From NCBI RefSeq assembly GCF_009914755.1, contig NC_060942.1: DNA of 64,000 nucleotides. The stretch is one strand, 5' to 3'. Shown piece after piece: positions 1-13,658 of the stretch (positions are counted from its first letter, which is position 1; the number at the start of each line of letters is the position of its first letter). Below the pieces are notes generated by a model. That model had not been told where the DNA came from. It saw nothing but the letters and a program-made list of their open reading frames with translations, and did not search any database. Both the position numbers and the translations under genes were made by a program. The stretch is from the human T2T-CHM13v2.0 reference genome, Homo sapiens.

Positions 1-176
1 CAAAAGTCAGCATCAACAGAAAACGGGACCAACCTTAGGGCTGGGGCACAAGGGGAATATGGGGTTACCAGAGCCAAGGAGACAGAGCTACCTGTGGTGA
101 GCTATGATCACAGAAGGATAGACTGTCAGGAAGAAGCAGGAGAAATGAAGATACAGGTAATTCCAGAGATAGAGAC

Positions 177-553
177 TGATATGGTTTGATTCTGTGTCCC
201 CACTCAAATCTCATCTTGAATCGTAATCTGAATTTTAATCCCCAGAGGTAGAGAGAGGGACCCGGTGGGAGGTGATTGGATCATGGGGGCGGTTTTCCCC
301 ATGCTGTTCTCATGATAGTGGGTAAGTCTCATTAGATCTGATGGTTTTACAAAGGGCAGTTTCCCATGCTCACTCCTCTCTGTCTGCTGCCACCTTGTGA
401 AGAAGGTGCTTGCTTCTACTTTGCCTTCTGCCATGATCGTAAGTTTCCTGAGGCCTCCCCAGCCATGCTGAACTGTGAGTCAATTAAGCCTCTTTCCTTT
501 ATAAACTATCCAGTCTCAGGTAGTATATAGCAGTGTGAAAATGGACTAATACA
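177..553 (+). mobile_element. MST-type MaLR solo LTR (MSTA/MSTB-like)
   Basis: TGATATGGTTTG...GACTAATACA termini; perfect 5-bp TSD GAGAC (172-176 / 554-558). Confidence 0.9.
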
Positions 554-720
554 GAGACAGTGCAAACACACATGCTGGTTTTTTCTTTCTTCCACTGCTC
601 TCTAGGCTCTCTGTTGGCTAAACCCAAGGGAAAGCCACTTGTCAAAGTAGCCTGAGAAATGTCATTTGCAGAATTAAGGAGTGGGGAAAAGGCAGGAAAT
701 GAGTTGTCCTGGATTGTGCC

Positions 721-1078
721 TGTATTAGTCCATTTTCACATTGCTGATAAAGACATACCCAAGACTGGATGATTTACAAAAGAAAGAGAGGTTTAGTGGA
801 CTTACAGTTCCATGTGGCTGGGGAGGCCTCACAATTACGGTGGAAGGCAAGGAGGAGCAAGTCGCGTCTTATATGGATGGCAGCAAGGAAAAAGAGAGAG
901 CTTGTGCAGGGAAACTCCACCTTATAAAACCATCAGATCTCATGAGACTTATTCACTATTACAAGAACAGCATGGGAAAGACCTGCCCTCATGTTTCAAT
1001 TACCTCCCACCAGGTCCCTCTTACAACCTGTGGTAATTCAAGATGAGATTTGGGTGGGGACACAGCCAAACCATATCA
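721..1078 (-). mobile_element. THE1 MaLR solo LTR (THE1B/C-like)
   Basis: tgtattagtcc...aaaccatatca termini; perfect TSD GTGCC (716-720 / 1079-1083). Confidence 0.9.
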
Positions 1079-1639
1079 GTGCCTGTTTCCAGACAGGCAC
1101 ACAATAGGCAGAGGGGAAAATACTTAAGGGGCAAATAGTGGGCTCAAAGACATGGATGGAAACATGCATTTGGGAGAATAGAGGCATATGTTTCAATAGG
1201 CAGGGAGAGGCCAATTTTGGAGCTATCTTTAAACCTAACCTAGGTGGAAAAGTTTATAGCCAATATCACTAAGTGTTTGGGAACAGAAAGCATTAAGTGA
1301 GCTTTTTAGTAGAATATGAAAATATCATGGCTACAATAGACACTAGAGGCAAATTAGAATAGTTGCCAAGCACAGAATAAAATTCTAAGAATCAAATAAT
1401 AGAAAGTTGTGATATAATCTCTCACAACCTCATTCTTCTAAAGAGGCATTTTCTGAACTTACTTGATAATAAAATTCTCCTGGTGTTCCTGTTAAGCATG
1501 CAGACACACACCTACAATATCAGTCCTCCAGAAAAGAGTTTCTGTAATCTGTGCTACTATCAATAGTGCTAATGGTGATTTTTATGATCAGGCAAATTGA
1601 GGAAATGTTACCCGAAAGGGTTTATGTGAGAAAAATACC

Positions 1640-2640
1640 TGCTTTTTTCAATTGATCAGTATGTGCCACTAGCGATCACTTGCAGGACTTGGTGCAGAAT
1701 GAAAATGTGGGGCCCCTTGCTCAAGTATTCAGAAAGTGATGTGATAATTGTACTGAAATATGAAGCTTCTTCCTTTCCTCTGCAGTCTCTCTTTATGTGT
1801 CATGGTATTTTTTATTTGCTTTTCGATGTTATAAGTAAAAAATAAAAATGTAAATTATCTGCCTGAATTGTATCATTCATCTTTATATTGTACAATGCCA
1901 GTTTTAAATGCAAATATTAGAGCATTTAGCTTGTGTGTGGAATCACTGACATGACACCATTTATGTTTCATAGCTTACACGTGTGTATGTATTTCTTTCC
2001 TACCAGACCAGTGGAAGTGCTGCACAAAACTAACTCAACTATCTTTAATTCACCTCTTGATTAGCATTTACCAACACTTTCTGCCATTGACTTATGAATG
2101 AAGCAGGACTGACAAGAAAAGGAGGTATGTGCTGCCCTGTCTTTCCCTTTTCTACTATGTGGTCATTGTCAACTAAGTGGGTGACTAATACAGGGAAATA
2201 AATGAGTAGCAAATAACATGCTAGTGTTCCCTGGTTTTTCATGTTTCTTAGAACATCATTGCCTCTTTCTGGATTGAAAGCAAGTTCTGGTTCAAATAGA
2301 AGGTGCGACCTCTCTGGGCTGTCTGCCCCCTGCTTACTGATAGACATAATATATGCTTTCCTTTTCTTTCCTTTGGATCTCTCTAAACTCCCAAACATCA
2401 TGTGTTCACCTGAGCTCTGTGCTCATGGAGCATTGCCCACACAGTATGCAAATGGGGCAGCAAGGGTCTCTCTCTGCTCACATGGATGATGCTCCATTGT
2501 TTCGTTGGACTTCATGTGCAAAACGCAAGTTCAAAGATAATCATTATTTAAAATTTCAGGAGGAGTACAGCAGAACTTCAGATCAAGTGTGGGCCCTTCT
2601 GTGTGATGGCACAGGTCCCATGTCCATAAAGCTATCCTTG
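1640..2640 (-). mobile_element. MER45B-like hAT-Tip100 non-autonomous DNA transposon
   Basis: The reverse complement of 2590-2640 resembles the MER45 5' end (...ttatggacatgggacctgtgc...gggccc); cagaatgaaaatgtggggcccc near the other end; length about 1 kb. The left boundary is approximate. Confidence 0.7.
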
Positions 2641-2649
2641 GGCCAGGGA

Positions 2650-2785
2650 GTTATTATTATCCTCATTTTGCAAATCAGGAAACTGAGGTTTAGAGAGGTC
2701 AAGTCATGTTCAAGGCCACTCACCTGGAAAGTGACAGACCTGGAATTTGAATCAGACCATTGGTCTGCAAAGCTCAGGTGCTAAC
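2650..2785 (-). mobile_element. MIR SINE fragment
   Basis: Core attattatcctcattttgcaaatcaggaaactgaggtttagagaggtcaagt. Confidence 0.8.
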
Positions 2786-3378
2786 ATAAAATCTGCTTCT
2801 TCATTTCACCACACTCTCCCTGTTGCTATATTTAGACATATCTGAAAGCAGATGACATAGTTGTGGAAAGTTTGGTTCAGTGATTAATTAGTCACTCATA
2901 ATCAATATGTGATTAATTTCCAAGTCCTGTTAAGGATGTAAACACACACCTACACAGTTTTCCAGAAAAAAAGCTTGCATAATCTGTGCTATATTGAAAG
3001 GGCTTTTTAAATTATTTAAGTAGAGACTATCTGCCCTGATAGTGGTATTTATTTAACTTGATCTCTTATTTCCACACAAAACCACTCCTATGCACTGGGT
3101 GCACTGAGGTATGAGAATAAAAATGGATTAGTTCATAAGGCACAATTTCTGCCCTTAGGAAACTTAAATATGTTTGAAAAACCAACATTTCCCTTAGGTT
3201 AATTTCACCTATGTCACCTCCTTTGGCTTTTCTCACAGGTTTTGTTTCTCCTCATTTCTCCTTGGTGCTTACTGGGTGCCTTTTCTAGTTTCATGTTCTT
3301 TTCAACAGCAACTGCATGGCTGCTTTCATTACTTTTTCTCCCGCATATTGTTATGGTTTGTAAAACATTTGCTGACTA

Positions 3379-3881
<503 letters not shown>

Positions 3882-4295
3882 TTAAAGAGGGAAAGTCATT
3901 TAAAATATTTAAGAAATGAGAAGCTGCTCAGAATACATTTCATTAAGGATGTACTTGGGGTGATTTTGAGTTGGCTGTGGGGAAGCAGTAAACAGTCACA
4001 GCTCTTAACCACTCCTTCTGAACAAAATCTTCTTTAGGACAGAGAACATATCTCAAAGCACATTTAGTGTATTATCACACATCCAGTAAGCAATTCATTA
4101 TAATGTTTTAAATGGCTGTGGAGGACAGCCCGAGGCACCAATGCTTTCGGAAAATATATTTTGCATGTCCACTGAATGGTGTCATAGCGAGTCTATAAAA
4201 ATATTAGCCTTAAAGGAATCATTCCACCCATACTTTACTCTTAGCAATTATGCCTGAAACCACTCCAGCGATGAGGACTTTTTAAAAATGTATAA

Positions 4296-4843
<548 letters not shown>

Positions 4844-4894
4844 TGATGAGAGCTGGGAAGGGGCTTAAAGATAGAGCATATGTTGACCTTGAGC

Positions 4895-4993
4895 AGCATA
4901 GCCACCCATCCCTGTTTATAAGATTTCTGGTACAGGAGATTTTCAGTTTCAAAACATGAGAGGTTCTAGGAAAACCAGGAGGCATTGGTCACC
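4895..4993. mobile_element. MER81/MER94-like hAT-Blackjack MITE
   Basis: Degenerate inverted termini tagccacccatccctgttt ... aaaccaggaggcattggtcaccc. Confidence 0.45.
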
Positions 4994-5686
4994 CCACCTT
5001 TACTCAAAGAACTTACAGTTTAATTGGAAAGAAGTGCACACAAAATATGAGAAATAGAAAAGTACCATCAGTTGCGAAAAAAAGGGAAATAGTTTTCCGC
5101 TGAAGGGATTCTGGATCGGGGAATGCAAATCCCTTGCTATACCTGGGGTCTGTGGGAGAAGAGTTGAATGAATGGCATTTTGGTAAGATGAAACTTGATG
5201 GAGTCCAGGCATTTCATTTGTCTCCTCCTAGATCTCCTGTGAAATGGCCAAAATGATAGCAAACTAAAAGAACGTTATTACTAAAAACTAGGGAAAAGAG
5301 TCAATCATCTGAGAGAAAGTGCAAATAATTTCTGCTGGAAGAGAGCAATTGGAGGACAATTGAAGGAAAACACTGAAGACTGTTTCACAAGGTCCCCTTC
5401 TGAAAAGATGATACAAACATGGAAATTAAGGAAAGCAAGTCCTGGCAGCACCCCATGGATATTCCCTTATTTGGAGTGGTGAAGGGAGGGGTGAGGGTCG
5501 ACTGTGGGCAGAGAGCACAACACCCTCAGAAGCACTTCTGCTGCTGGAGAGTAAGGATCAGCCCAGGGAAGATCCTCCAGGATGTCTGGAGCTTCCAGCA
5601 TGGCTGAACCAGGCAGAGAGCTGGTGGTGAGCCAGGCATCCCCCTAAGCAGTGAGCCTTCCCTTGGTAAAGCAGAATTTCTTCCTG

Positions 5687-5954
5687 GGCCAAGCTCACAC
5701 CTGTAATCCCAGCACTTTGGGAGGCTGAGGGGGGCAGATCACCTGAAGTCAGGAGTTTAAGACCACCCTGGGCAACATGCCAAAACCCCATCTCTACTAA
5801 AAATACAAAAATAAACCAGGTGTGTTGGCAGGTGCCTGTAATCCCAGCTACTTGGGAGGCTGAGGCAGGAGAATCGCTTGAATCCAGGAGGTGGAGCTTG
5901 CAGTGAGCTGCACTGTACTCCAGCCTAAGGGACAGAGCAAGACTTCATCTCAAA

Positions 5955-5985
<31 letters not shown>

Positions 5986-5998
5986 AAAATAAAATAAA
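5687..5998 (+). mobile_element. Alu (AluS) with small internal deletions and (AAAT)n tail
   Basis: Alu body; TSD agaatttcttcctgg / agaatttctttctgg. Confidence 0.93.
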
Positions 5999-6449
5999 AG
6001 AATTTCTTTCTGGGCAAGCAAGACTCCCAAGAAGCCTCAATCTGTGTACCTGTCATAGAGACCAGGACAAACAAATTTGGATACAGAAAACTGACCTCTG
6101 AGCCATACAGAGAAGAGACTGAACAGAATTAGCCTTGACTGATCATGGTTATGATTCTTCCCCATTTCTTTTAGGCTGCTGGCTTTACTAAAAGGGCAAA
6201 GCAATTTTAAATTAAAACAGCAAGGATGACAAAAAATACCCCTTTTGAGCTTAAAATTTGAGAGGCGATTTCTAACAGCAAGCAGATGGATAGTGAGGAG
6301 ACACAGGGACAATCCTCCTACTCTATTTACAGGCAAGCATGAGGCTAGGAGAGACCTCTCCTCTCTCAAGGATGTGTAAATAGAAAACAGCCAACAGGAG
6401 GCCTGTGAAAAGATTTTGCAGCTCAAAATAAGGAGAGGGACATAGTACT

Positions 6450-8400
6450 CAACATCCAGGAAAGGAGCTAGTTTTGAAGAGATTTATTGCAGAAGATAAA
6501 TTATATTTGGGCAATACCTGCTTTATGATCTCACTAAAATATAAGACAAGAGGAGATTTTTTTTTTGATAGAAGAAGTGAAAGATGACATGGAATCCTAT
6601 GAGACTAAGGTGAAACAGGAGCTATCTGAAAACTAAAAACACACCAAAAGGAATCTAAAAGAAGTGAAATAATTTAAGAAAATTAAAAATGCAATTTTGG
6701 AATTTACAACTGCATTTCATCATTAAAGAACAGAACCAACACTGCAGAATTTTTACTTACTGGCTAGAAAACTCACCTGAGGATCCTAACAGAACACAAA
6801 GAAAGTGGGTGGAGAAAAGAAACAGATCAGAGAGAAATAGCAGATAGAATACATTTGGAGTTTCGATATATACATAATCAATGTTTCTGAATAAAAGACT
6901 AAAACAAATGGAACTATTTGAAGATATGAAATAAGGAATTTTATGAGCTGAAGAAATACACAAGCTTCATATAAAAGAGATCAATGAGTATCTGGAAAAA
7001 TTTATGAAACATGGGAAATGTTATGAAAAGAAACAAAAATTTCAATTTTCCCCATGAACATTTGGAATTTCAACAATAAAATGGGAAAAATGCTAGAAGA
7101 ATTCTCACAGAGTTCTGTAATGGTCCTGATAAAAAAAAATATTAAAAAATGAATAAAACTTTCCTATATGCTACTTAAAAGAGTTTATTAAGGATAGAGT
7201 TCATAGATAATATAAGATGACTCAAATAGACTTAAGAAGCAAGTGCCTATATACATAAGAATCTTTATGCATAATAACATAAAACTTGATAAAGTGATAT
7301 GAAGAAATGAAGATTTAGTCTTTACTCTTAGATACAAAGACTCAGGATTGTATGCATATTAGTTTTTCCCAAATTTAATGCAATTCCAACAAAAATCTTA
7401 AAAATCTTAGAAGTTTTTAAAAACTTGGCAAAATGGTTCTAAAATGTAAAATTATCAATGTCCGAAACAGCAAAAATATTTTGAAAAACAGGGATAATAA
7501 AAAGTGACTTAACTAGACTGTTAAAATGCTTAACATAGCTGACTAGATAGAGAAATCAATAAATGAAAATAGTAAAACCAGAAATAGGTACATATACAGA
7601 AGTTTATAGTGTATAATCCTGTTGGTATTAAAATCCATTGAATAAATATGAATTATTTATTAAATGTCGAGCGTTAACTATCAGGAAAATGTAATGCTAT
7701 TTGTATCTTTACAGTATACAACAAAGTTAATTCTAGATGAATTACACCACCAACTATAAACAATCATACCAAAAATTAATGAATATAATATGGGAATAAA
7801 TATTTCCATTCAGGAATGTGGATTTGACTATATGACATATTAAAATCTTCTTTGTATTACAAAACGTAGTAAGTTAAAGAACACAATAATAAAATATTTA
7901 ATGAACATATGAGGAACTACTGAAATTCCCAAGTAAATCTTGAATGCTTTCTTAGAAAAATGTTTAATGAACACAAAGTTAGTTTACAGAGAAGTACAAT
8001 AATAATAATAATGGCCAAAATAACTAGAGGAATAATATTTTTATATAACTATAATAAAACTTTAATTTTTAAATAGCATTTTAAAAATTAATAAATTTAG
8101 TAAATATTTAAAATGCTAAGAATTCTGGAGGACATGGTGAGAACTCATGTACAGTCTACAGAATTGTAAGTTTGCATAATGCTTCTGGAAGGGACTTTAT
8201 AAAGTTATGTTAGTGTAATGATATTTCCATCATTATAACTGGATATAACTATCCATATGTGATTATTTAAGAAAGTTGTAATATGTGTTTATCGTAGAAT
8301 ATTATGCAGCCATGAAAGATGTATTTTTAAAGATGCTAATAGCTGAATTAATTGCTGTGAATTAAATCTATTTGTATATTTTCAAGATTTTCTGTATTTG
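6450..8400 (+). mobile_element. Ancient L1M/L1ME remnants (ORF1-ORF2-3' fragments)
   Basis: Strong A-rich strand bias; degenerate L1 motifs such as ttcccaaatttaatgcaattccaacaaaaatc and gaatattatgcagccatgaaa. Boundaries approximate. Confidence 0.65.
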
Positions 8401-8931
8401 ATTTATATTATATACAATTATGTTATTTTGTAAAAACCAAAGAGTCTGCCCCACCACTGGTGATTCAGTAACACAATATTTGCCACAAAAAGCAGCTTAT
8501 AATTACTACTCAAGACAATGGATTCTTATTGTCTTAGAAATACAACTTACTGTAACTTTGGAGGGAAACAATAATGTAAAACTTGTAATTGCTATGTTTC
8601 CAGTCCAAGGTTTGAGCACAAGGTGTCTTTTATATAATTTCAGATTTGCTTGTTCTTATTATTAAGACTTATGAAAGTTTTTAAAGTAGAATATATATAA
8701 AATAAAGAAAAAATATAAAGAACATTCTTAAAAAGAGCCTATAAAGAACTACTCCGCGTGGTCAGAAGAGGGAGCTTTTAGATTGCAAAAAAAGTAAAAT
8801 TTTAAGCACTCTATTATCAGAAGTAATATTATTTCAAGTCCTCATATTGAATACTAATAAAAAAGTAGCCATGGAAACATTCCTTTATAATAACTTAAAA
8901 AACTTTTTGTTTCATGAAATATTGAACTTAC

Positions 8932-9135
8932 CTTTATTCTTCATTGAGAGCATGTAGAATCTCACTCTAACCACTGTCTTCTGACGCTTTGCACATTTGA
9001 CCTTTGTAAGTGTGGCTGATAAACCAGAAGGCTGCTGACCAGTTTCCATCTCCTGCTTTCCCTTTTCATCTTTGCAGGTCGCAGAGATGGCTACTGAGAT
9101 AAGGGACAGGAGAGTGGAGAGCAAGGTGGCAACAA
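8932..9135 (-). CDS. LINC00305: 204-nt phase 1-1 exon (VVATLLSTLLSLISVAISATCKDEKGKQEMETGQQPSGLSATLTKVKCAKRQKTVVRVRFYMLSMKNK); putative C18orf20/LINC00305 product
   Basis: Acceptor ttttgttgttggttAG| at 9135 and consensus donor AAG|GTAAGT at 8932; open throughout (overlaps ORF-track 8912..9124); in frame with the upstream exon. No downstream exon was found in the window. Confidence 0.7.
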
Positions 9136-9674
9136 CTAACCAACAACAAAATTAAAGATTTATTACGTATTATTGAATAAAGGTACAGAGGCAAAGTTCT
9201 CTGACCAACATTGTCCATTAAAGATAATACTAGAAATATAAAAGTTGAAACTATCCATCTAATCTGAAGCCTTTTTCTATGTCAATATTCAGATTTTAAA
9301 AACTAGTATTTCAGTTCCTAGTGCCTTCGTAAGCGATTCATAAACCTGACCGTGTTTATAGGTACGGCAGAAAATGAAGACCCAGGAGTGAGTTCTGTTA
9401 TTATAAAAATCATGGCAGTTAGAAGTGTAACCTAGAGTGCAGAATGCAACAATAAGGAGGATAATTCTTTTTTAATTGGCATGGATCACACACCAGTTCC
9501 ACATTCAATTAGTGGCTTTACATCTTGAAACAGAAGTAGAAAATTTGAAGTGAGTTCATGTACTCATAAGTAACATTCTAATTTGGGAAACAAATTATGA
9601 GAAACTCTATAAATAGGGTTAATTTTTTTCTTAGGTTTGTAACTTTAAAGAAAGAATTTGAAATGGTTACTCAC

Positions 9675-9708
9675 CATGTATAATGCACAGTCTATGAAGG
9701 TTGATCAT
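9675..9708 (-). CDS. LINC00305: First coding portion (MINLHRLCIIH + 1 nt) of a spliced small ORF, inside the 64-nt exon 9675-9738; putative C18orf20/LINC00305 product
   Basis: Minus strand: acceptor ttttcacttgcAG|G at 9738 and donor CATG|GTGAGT at 9675; ATG at 9708-9706; a phase-1 end that matches the next exon. The gene name comes from recalled peptide sequence, not a search. Translation is not shown by the sequence. Confidence 0.65.
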
Positions 9709-12400
9709 ATCCAGGGGTGGAACCAGATAATTTCCATCCTGCAAGTGAAAAAAGAAAATAAATTGTTGTTTTCAGTGAATGCTGCAAAACACAATGAAAG
9801 TGAGTAACCCTGGGAGTGTAAAAGTCCCCCATTCTTCTGTGTGAATCAGTGCTCATCTAAAGCCTGGACCTGAACAGCCTTAGACGTGTCCTCTATTTGC
9901 ACCCAGCCTGGTTTAGATGACCCCAAGCCTCTTTCTGAAGTTATGTGTGCGGTTGGCTTAAATTTGACAAAAATATTGGGTAGGGTCAAGGCACTAAGCC
10001 AAGTGACAAGGAGCATTGAAGTTTCATACAATGTAAGGAAGGAGAAAGACCTGAGGGAGAAGGAACCTCAGTCATCCCATGAATAGAAGGAAAGTGGGGT
10101 GTTTGAGCAGAGAGGATATAGAGGGATATTATTCAAATCAGTAAGAGGAGAAGATATCCTGTCTCTATTCCTGTTGACCTTCTCCTTCTTATCACCAATC
10201 ATTCATTTACTTTTACTGTCTGAAGAGGTGCAAATATTGTAATTTAAAAAGCAGATATTCCTTATAATAATATATTAAATGCTATATACCTGGAAACATT
10301 GTTTTAATGTTTTGTCTGTGTATTCTATGGTCCCTAAATATGGTCACATTTCATACATGTGTACTCTCTAAATTTGTGATTTTAAACATTTATTTAAAAG
10401 CCCTATTTATTAATCACTGATCTTGTGAGGTGGTGATGGGTGAAAAGATGAATGAGGCACAATCGTAGAAACTCATAGCCTCATAGGGGAATCAGAGAGG
10501 TCAGCAGATGTTTAAAACCTGCTGAGAACTAAGTACAGGTTTCAGTGGTTAAGATGCAAGGTGCTGCTGAGGCAGGGTTGGACCCAGAGATGGAAGAGGC
10601 ACCGACAGTGATATAGTTGGTCTTAAGCTTTGAAATGATCTCACTCCTGAAAATAAAAATCTTTTTTGCTAGCTGGTCACCTGAATTCATTTAGTTTACC
10701 TTGTCTTTTTCCTGTAGTAGGATTTCACAGAGGATTTAACGTGTAATGGTAAGAACTCGGAACTGAGTGCAAACAGTTGGTTTTGACCATCAGGGAGAAT
10801 AAAATCCAGCCCCTTGGTTTTATTAGGTACTGGGATCCTCGTTTCTCATTGCAGATGGTGGATTTTGTAATGTTTACATCCTTCAAGTTGTGAGTTGCCC
10901 TTTCCTGAATACTTGATATGTTCTACATGGCAAAGTCTGCCAGTCAAACGGCACAAAAAATGGTGTGTTCTCAGGTTCCTTGTTAACATACATACAGCTT
11001 TTCGGAACACAAATAAGTTCAAAGTTGTGCAAAGCTGTAAGGTGTTCCGTGTTGCCCTGGGCATTAATATAAAGTGAAAGCTAGTTACAGTTTGCAACTG
11101 AATTAGTAGCAGTCTCTATTTATAATGCAACCCTACTTCGACATAGCACATATATTTTTAAAGAAAGACTTAATATCCAATTATTTTTACAAGAAAGCTG
11201 GCTGGCTAACTCCAAGAAGTTTAAGTTTTCCATTAAATATTGTTTTTTTTTTCTTCAGGGGAGATGGTTGTTATGACAGGATTCTTTTGCCTTATAAAAA
11301 GCCTCGTGTAACAGATAAAGTAATTAGCTGTAGACCAAAGTAGTTTGCTCTGTGTGATTCTTTAACACCCCCTCAAAGCTACTCAAGCATCATATTTCAT
11401 TTAATTAAATACACAAAAAGTCAATTGGAGCTCTCCGCTACATGAAACTTCTTGAAAGTATGAAGAAAGAACGTCACAGGAGGGCTTGTGTGTTCACCAC
11501 AACCTCAGGACTGTCCCGGTGCTGGGCCTTTCTTTTCCTCAAGGGGCTTCCCAGTACAACTCGAAGCAGTCAGGGCCAGGATTGTGAAATCAGTCCATCT
11601 TCTTCACTGGTTATTTGTGGAAGCCCAATTTACCCTACTTTTACCCACATCCCTAGGCAAGTGAGTGCAAATAACTGAAATGACTCATAAAGTCTTTGAA
11701 TGAATTGATTTTCTCTTTTTACTTGAAATCAAAAATAAATGTTCTCTTTTTTTCTCTGGCAAATTGCCTCCTATGCAGTTATAGCTGTGTATTTCTCCTG
11801 GGATTTACAGCATTTGAAAATCAGCACTTGAGAGACTCGTGCACCTGTGTGTCCATATATGGCTTCCTGTTTTGTCACATGAGGCAGTTGCCTGCTATGT
11901 TCAGATTCAGGGCTTTTTGAGAGGGAGAGCCATGAATGAATGTCCCATGGAAGGCTGCTGGTGAAGAGTGTCATGACTCTTCTGTTTGCAATAGAGTGTG
12001 TTTGTATCCTCATTTATTTTATGGAGAAAACAGGGTGCTTGCTTTCCAGAGACCTTTCTAGGATTCCTCTGTGAAAACCTCCTGTGAAAATTCCAAATGG
12101 TTTGAAAGACCCTTGGATCCTCAGGAGCACAAAGCTGGACATCTTTGCAAATGATCTGAGCAACCCCGTCTCTACCATTGCTAAGTGCTGTTTATCTCCA
12201 TTAGAATTTGAGTCTCATGGTGGGTTTGTATTTGATAACCCCTTTTTATGATCACCTCAGTTCAGGACAGGGGATTGAGAAGCTGTATTTTCAGAATGAA
12301 ATGAACCTGAGCAATAATCATTAACTCGGCATCGAGGAACAAGAATGTGACACCCACCTTAGGGTAAAGATAACAGTGCTCATATGGGAACAATGCCCTC

Positions 12401-12837
12401 TGTATTGGTTTCCTTGAGTTGATGTCACAGAGTTCCAGAAGCTGGGTGGCTTAAATCAGCAGAAAATTGAGTTGTTGAGAGGCGCATGCTCTGAGGGCTT
12501 TTGGGAAAAAATGTTGCTAGCTTCTGGTGGTTGCTGGCAATTTTTAGCTTTCTTTGGTTTGTAGCCACATCACTCCAATCTCTGCCCCCATTGTCACATG
12601 GTATTTTCTCTGTGTCTCTGTCTTCACATTGTCTTCCCTCTATGTATGTGTGTGTGTCCAAGTTTCCTTCTTATAAGACACCAGTCATTGGATTATGTCC
12701 CACCCTAATCCACGATGACTTCATTTTAACAGATTACATTTAATAAGACCTTTTTAAAATCAGGTCACATTCTGAGGCTGTGGGTGGAAAGCTTCTTCTG
12801 GAAGAAGTTTTTGGGGAACACTGTTTAACTCACTACA
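12401..12837 (-). mobile_element. MLT1 (MLT1B/C-like) MaLR solo LTR
   Basis: tgtattggtttcc...gggtggcttaaa...cttataagacaccagtcattggatta...caggtcacattctgagg. Confidence 0.85.
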
Positions 12838-13658
12838 TTTTTCTATGGCATCTTCATTTCCTTGCAGCAGCCTCACAGAAAAGCAAAACCAAATTTACAG
12901 GATCAGTTACTCAAATGGAAATCCATCTTCAGTATGATGTGACTGCATAGCCAGAGTTTTCCACATGGTAGGTTGTAGCCTACAAATGAATATGGCTGCT
13001 TGAATGTGGCTGACTCTTTTGGGCTACTACTTAAAATTTTTCCAGTCATATTTTTATAGTGCAAAATAGATTCCCCAGACATTTCCTGAAGTGCTCAGTG
13101 TAACTCCACACTAGAACATGTGCCTTCCCAAGTCCTGACAACCAAGTCAATTTCACAAACCGACAACATCATCCTGTGTTCCGATGCCCCCAGTGACCGC
13201 TGTTCATATCAGTAATATTTGAAATTTATCCTCACTTGTCCCATAAACATACACAAGCACAAAGCCCTCAGCAGCAACTGGACAAAATGCTTTCATGAGA
13301 GAAGCCTAAAGGTCTGTCAGTTATTCTCCCTTTGCTATGCTCATTCAGCATTGCTTCCCATGATCTAGTGAGCTAAGACATATAAACTGATACTCAAGGC
13401 CTAAAAAACAATAATAGAACTTAGCATTTTAATCTCCTACCTTTCCCTAGAGTTTCATAGCAACTTTTTGGATTCATTATAAGTAGACATTTAGAATGTC
13501 AGCTTCCAGCAATACGTACTCTGTGGTTACAAGTCCCCTGTTTTATATTGGGAACATAAGTATAAAGGGTAAAATATAATGGCATTTTAAATAAAGAACT
13601 GAAGAGACATACCCAAATGCCAGAAATGACCAAAATGCTAAAAATCAGGATAGGTGGG

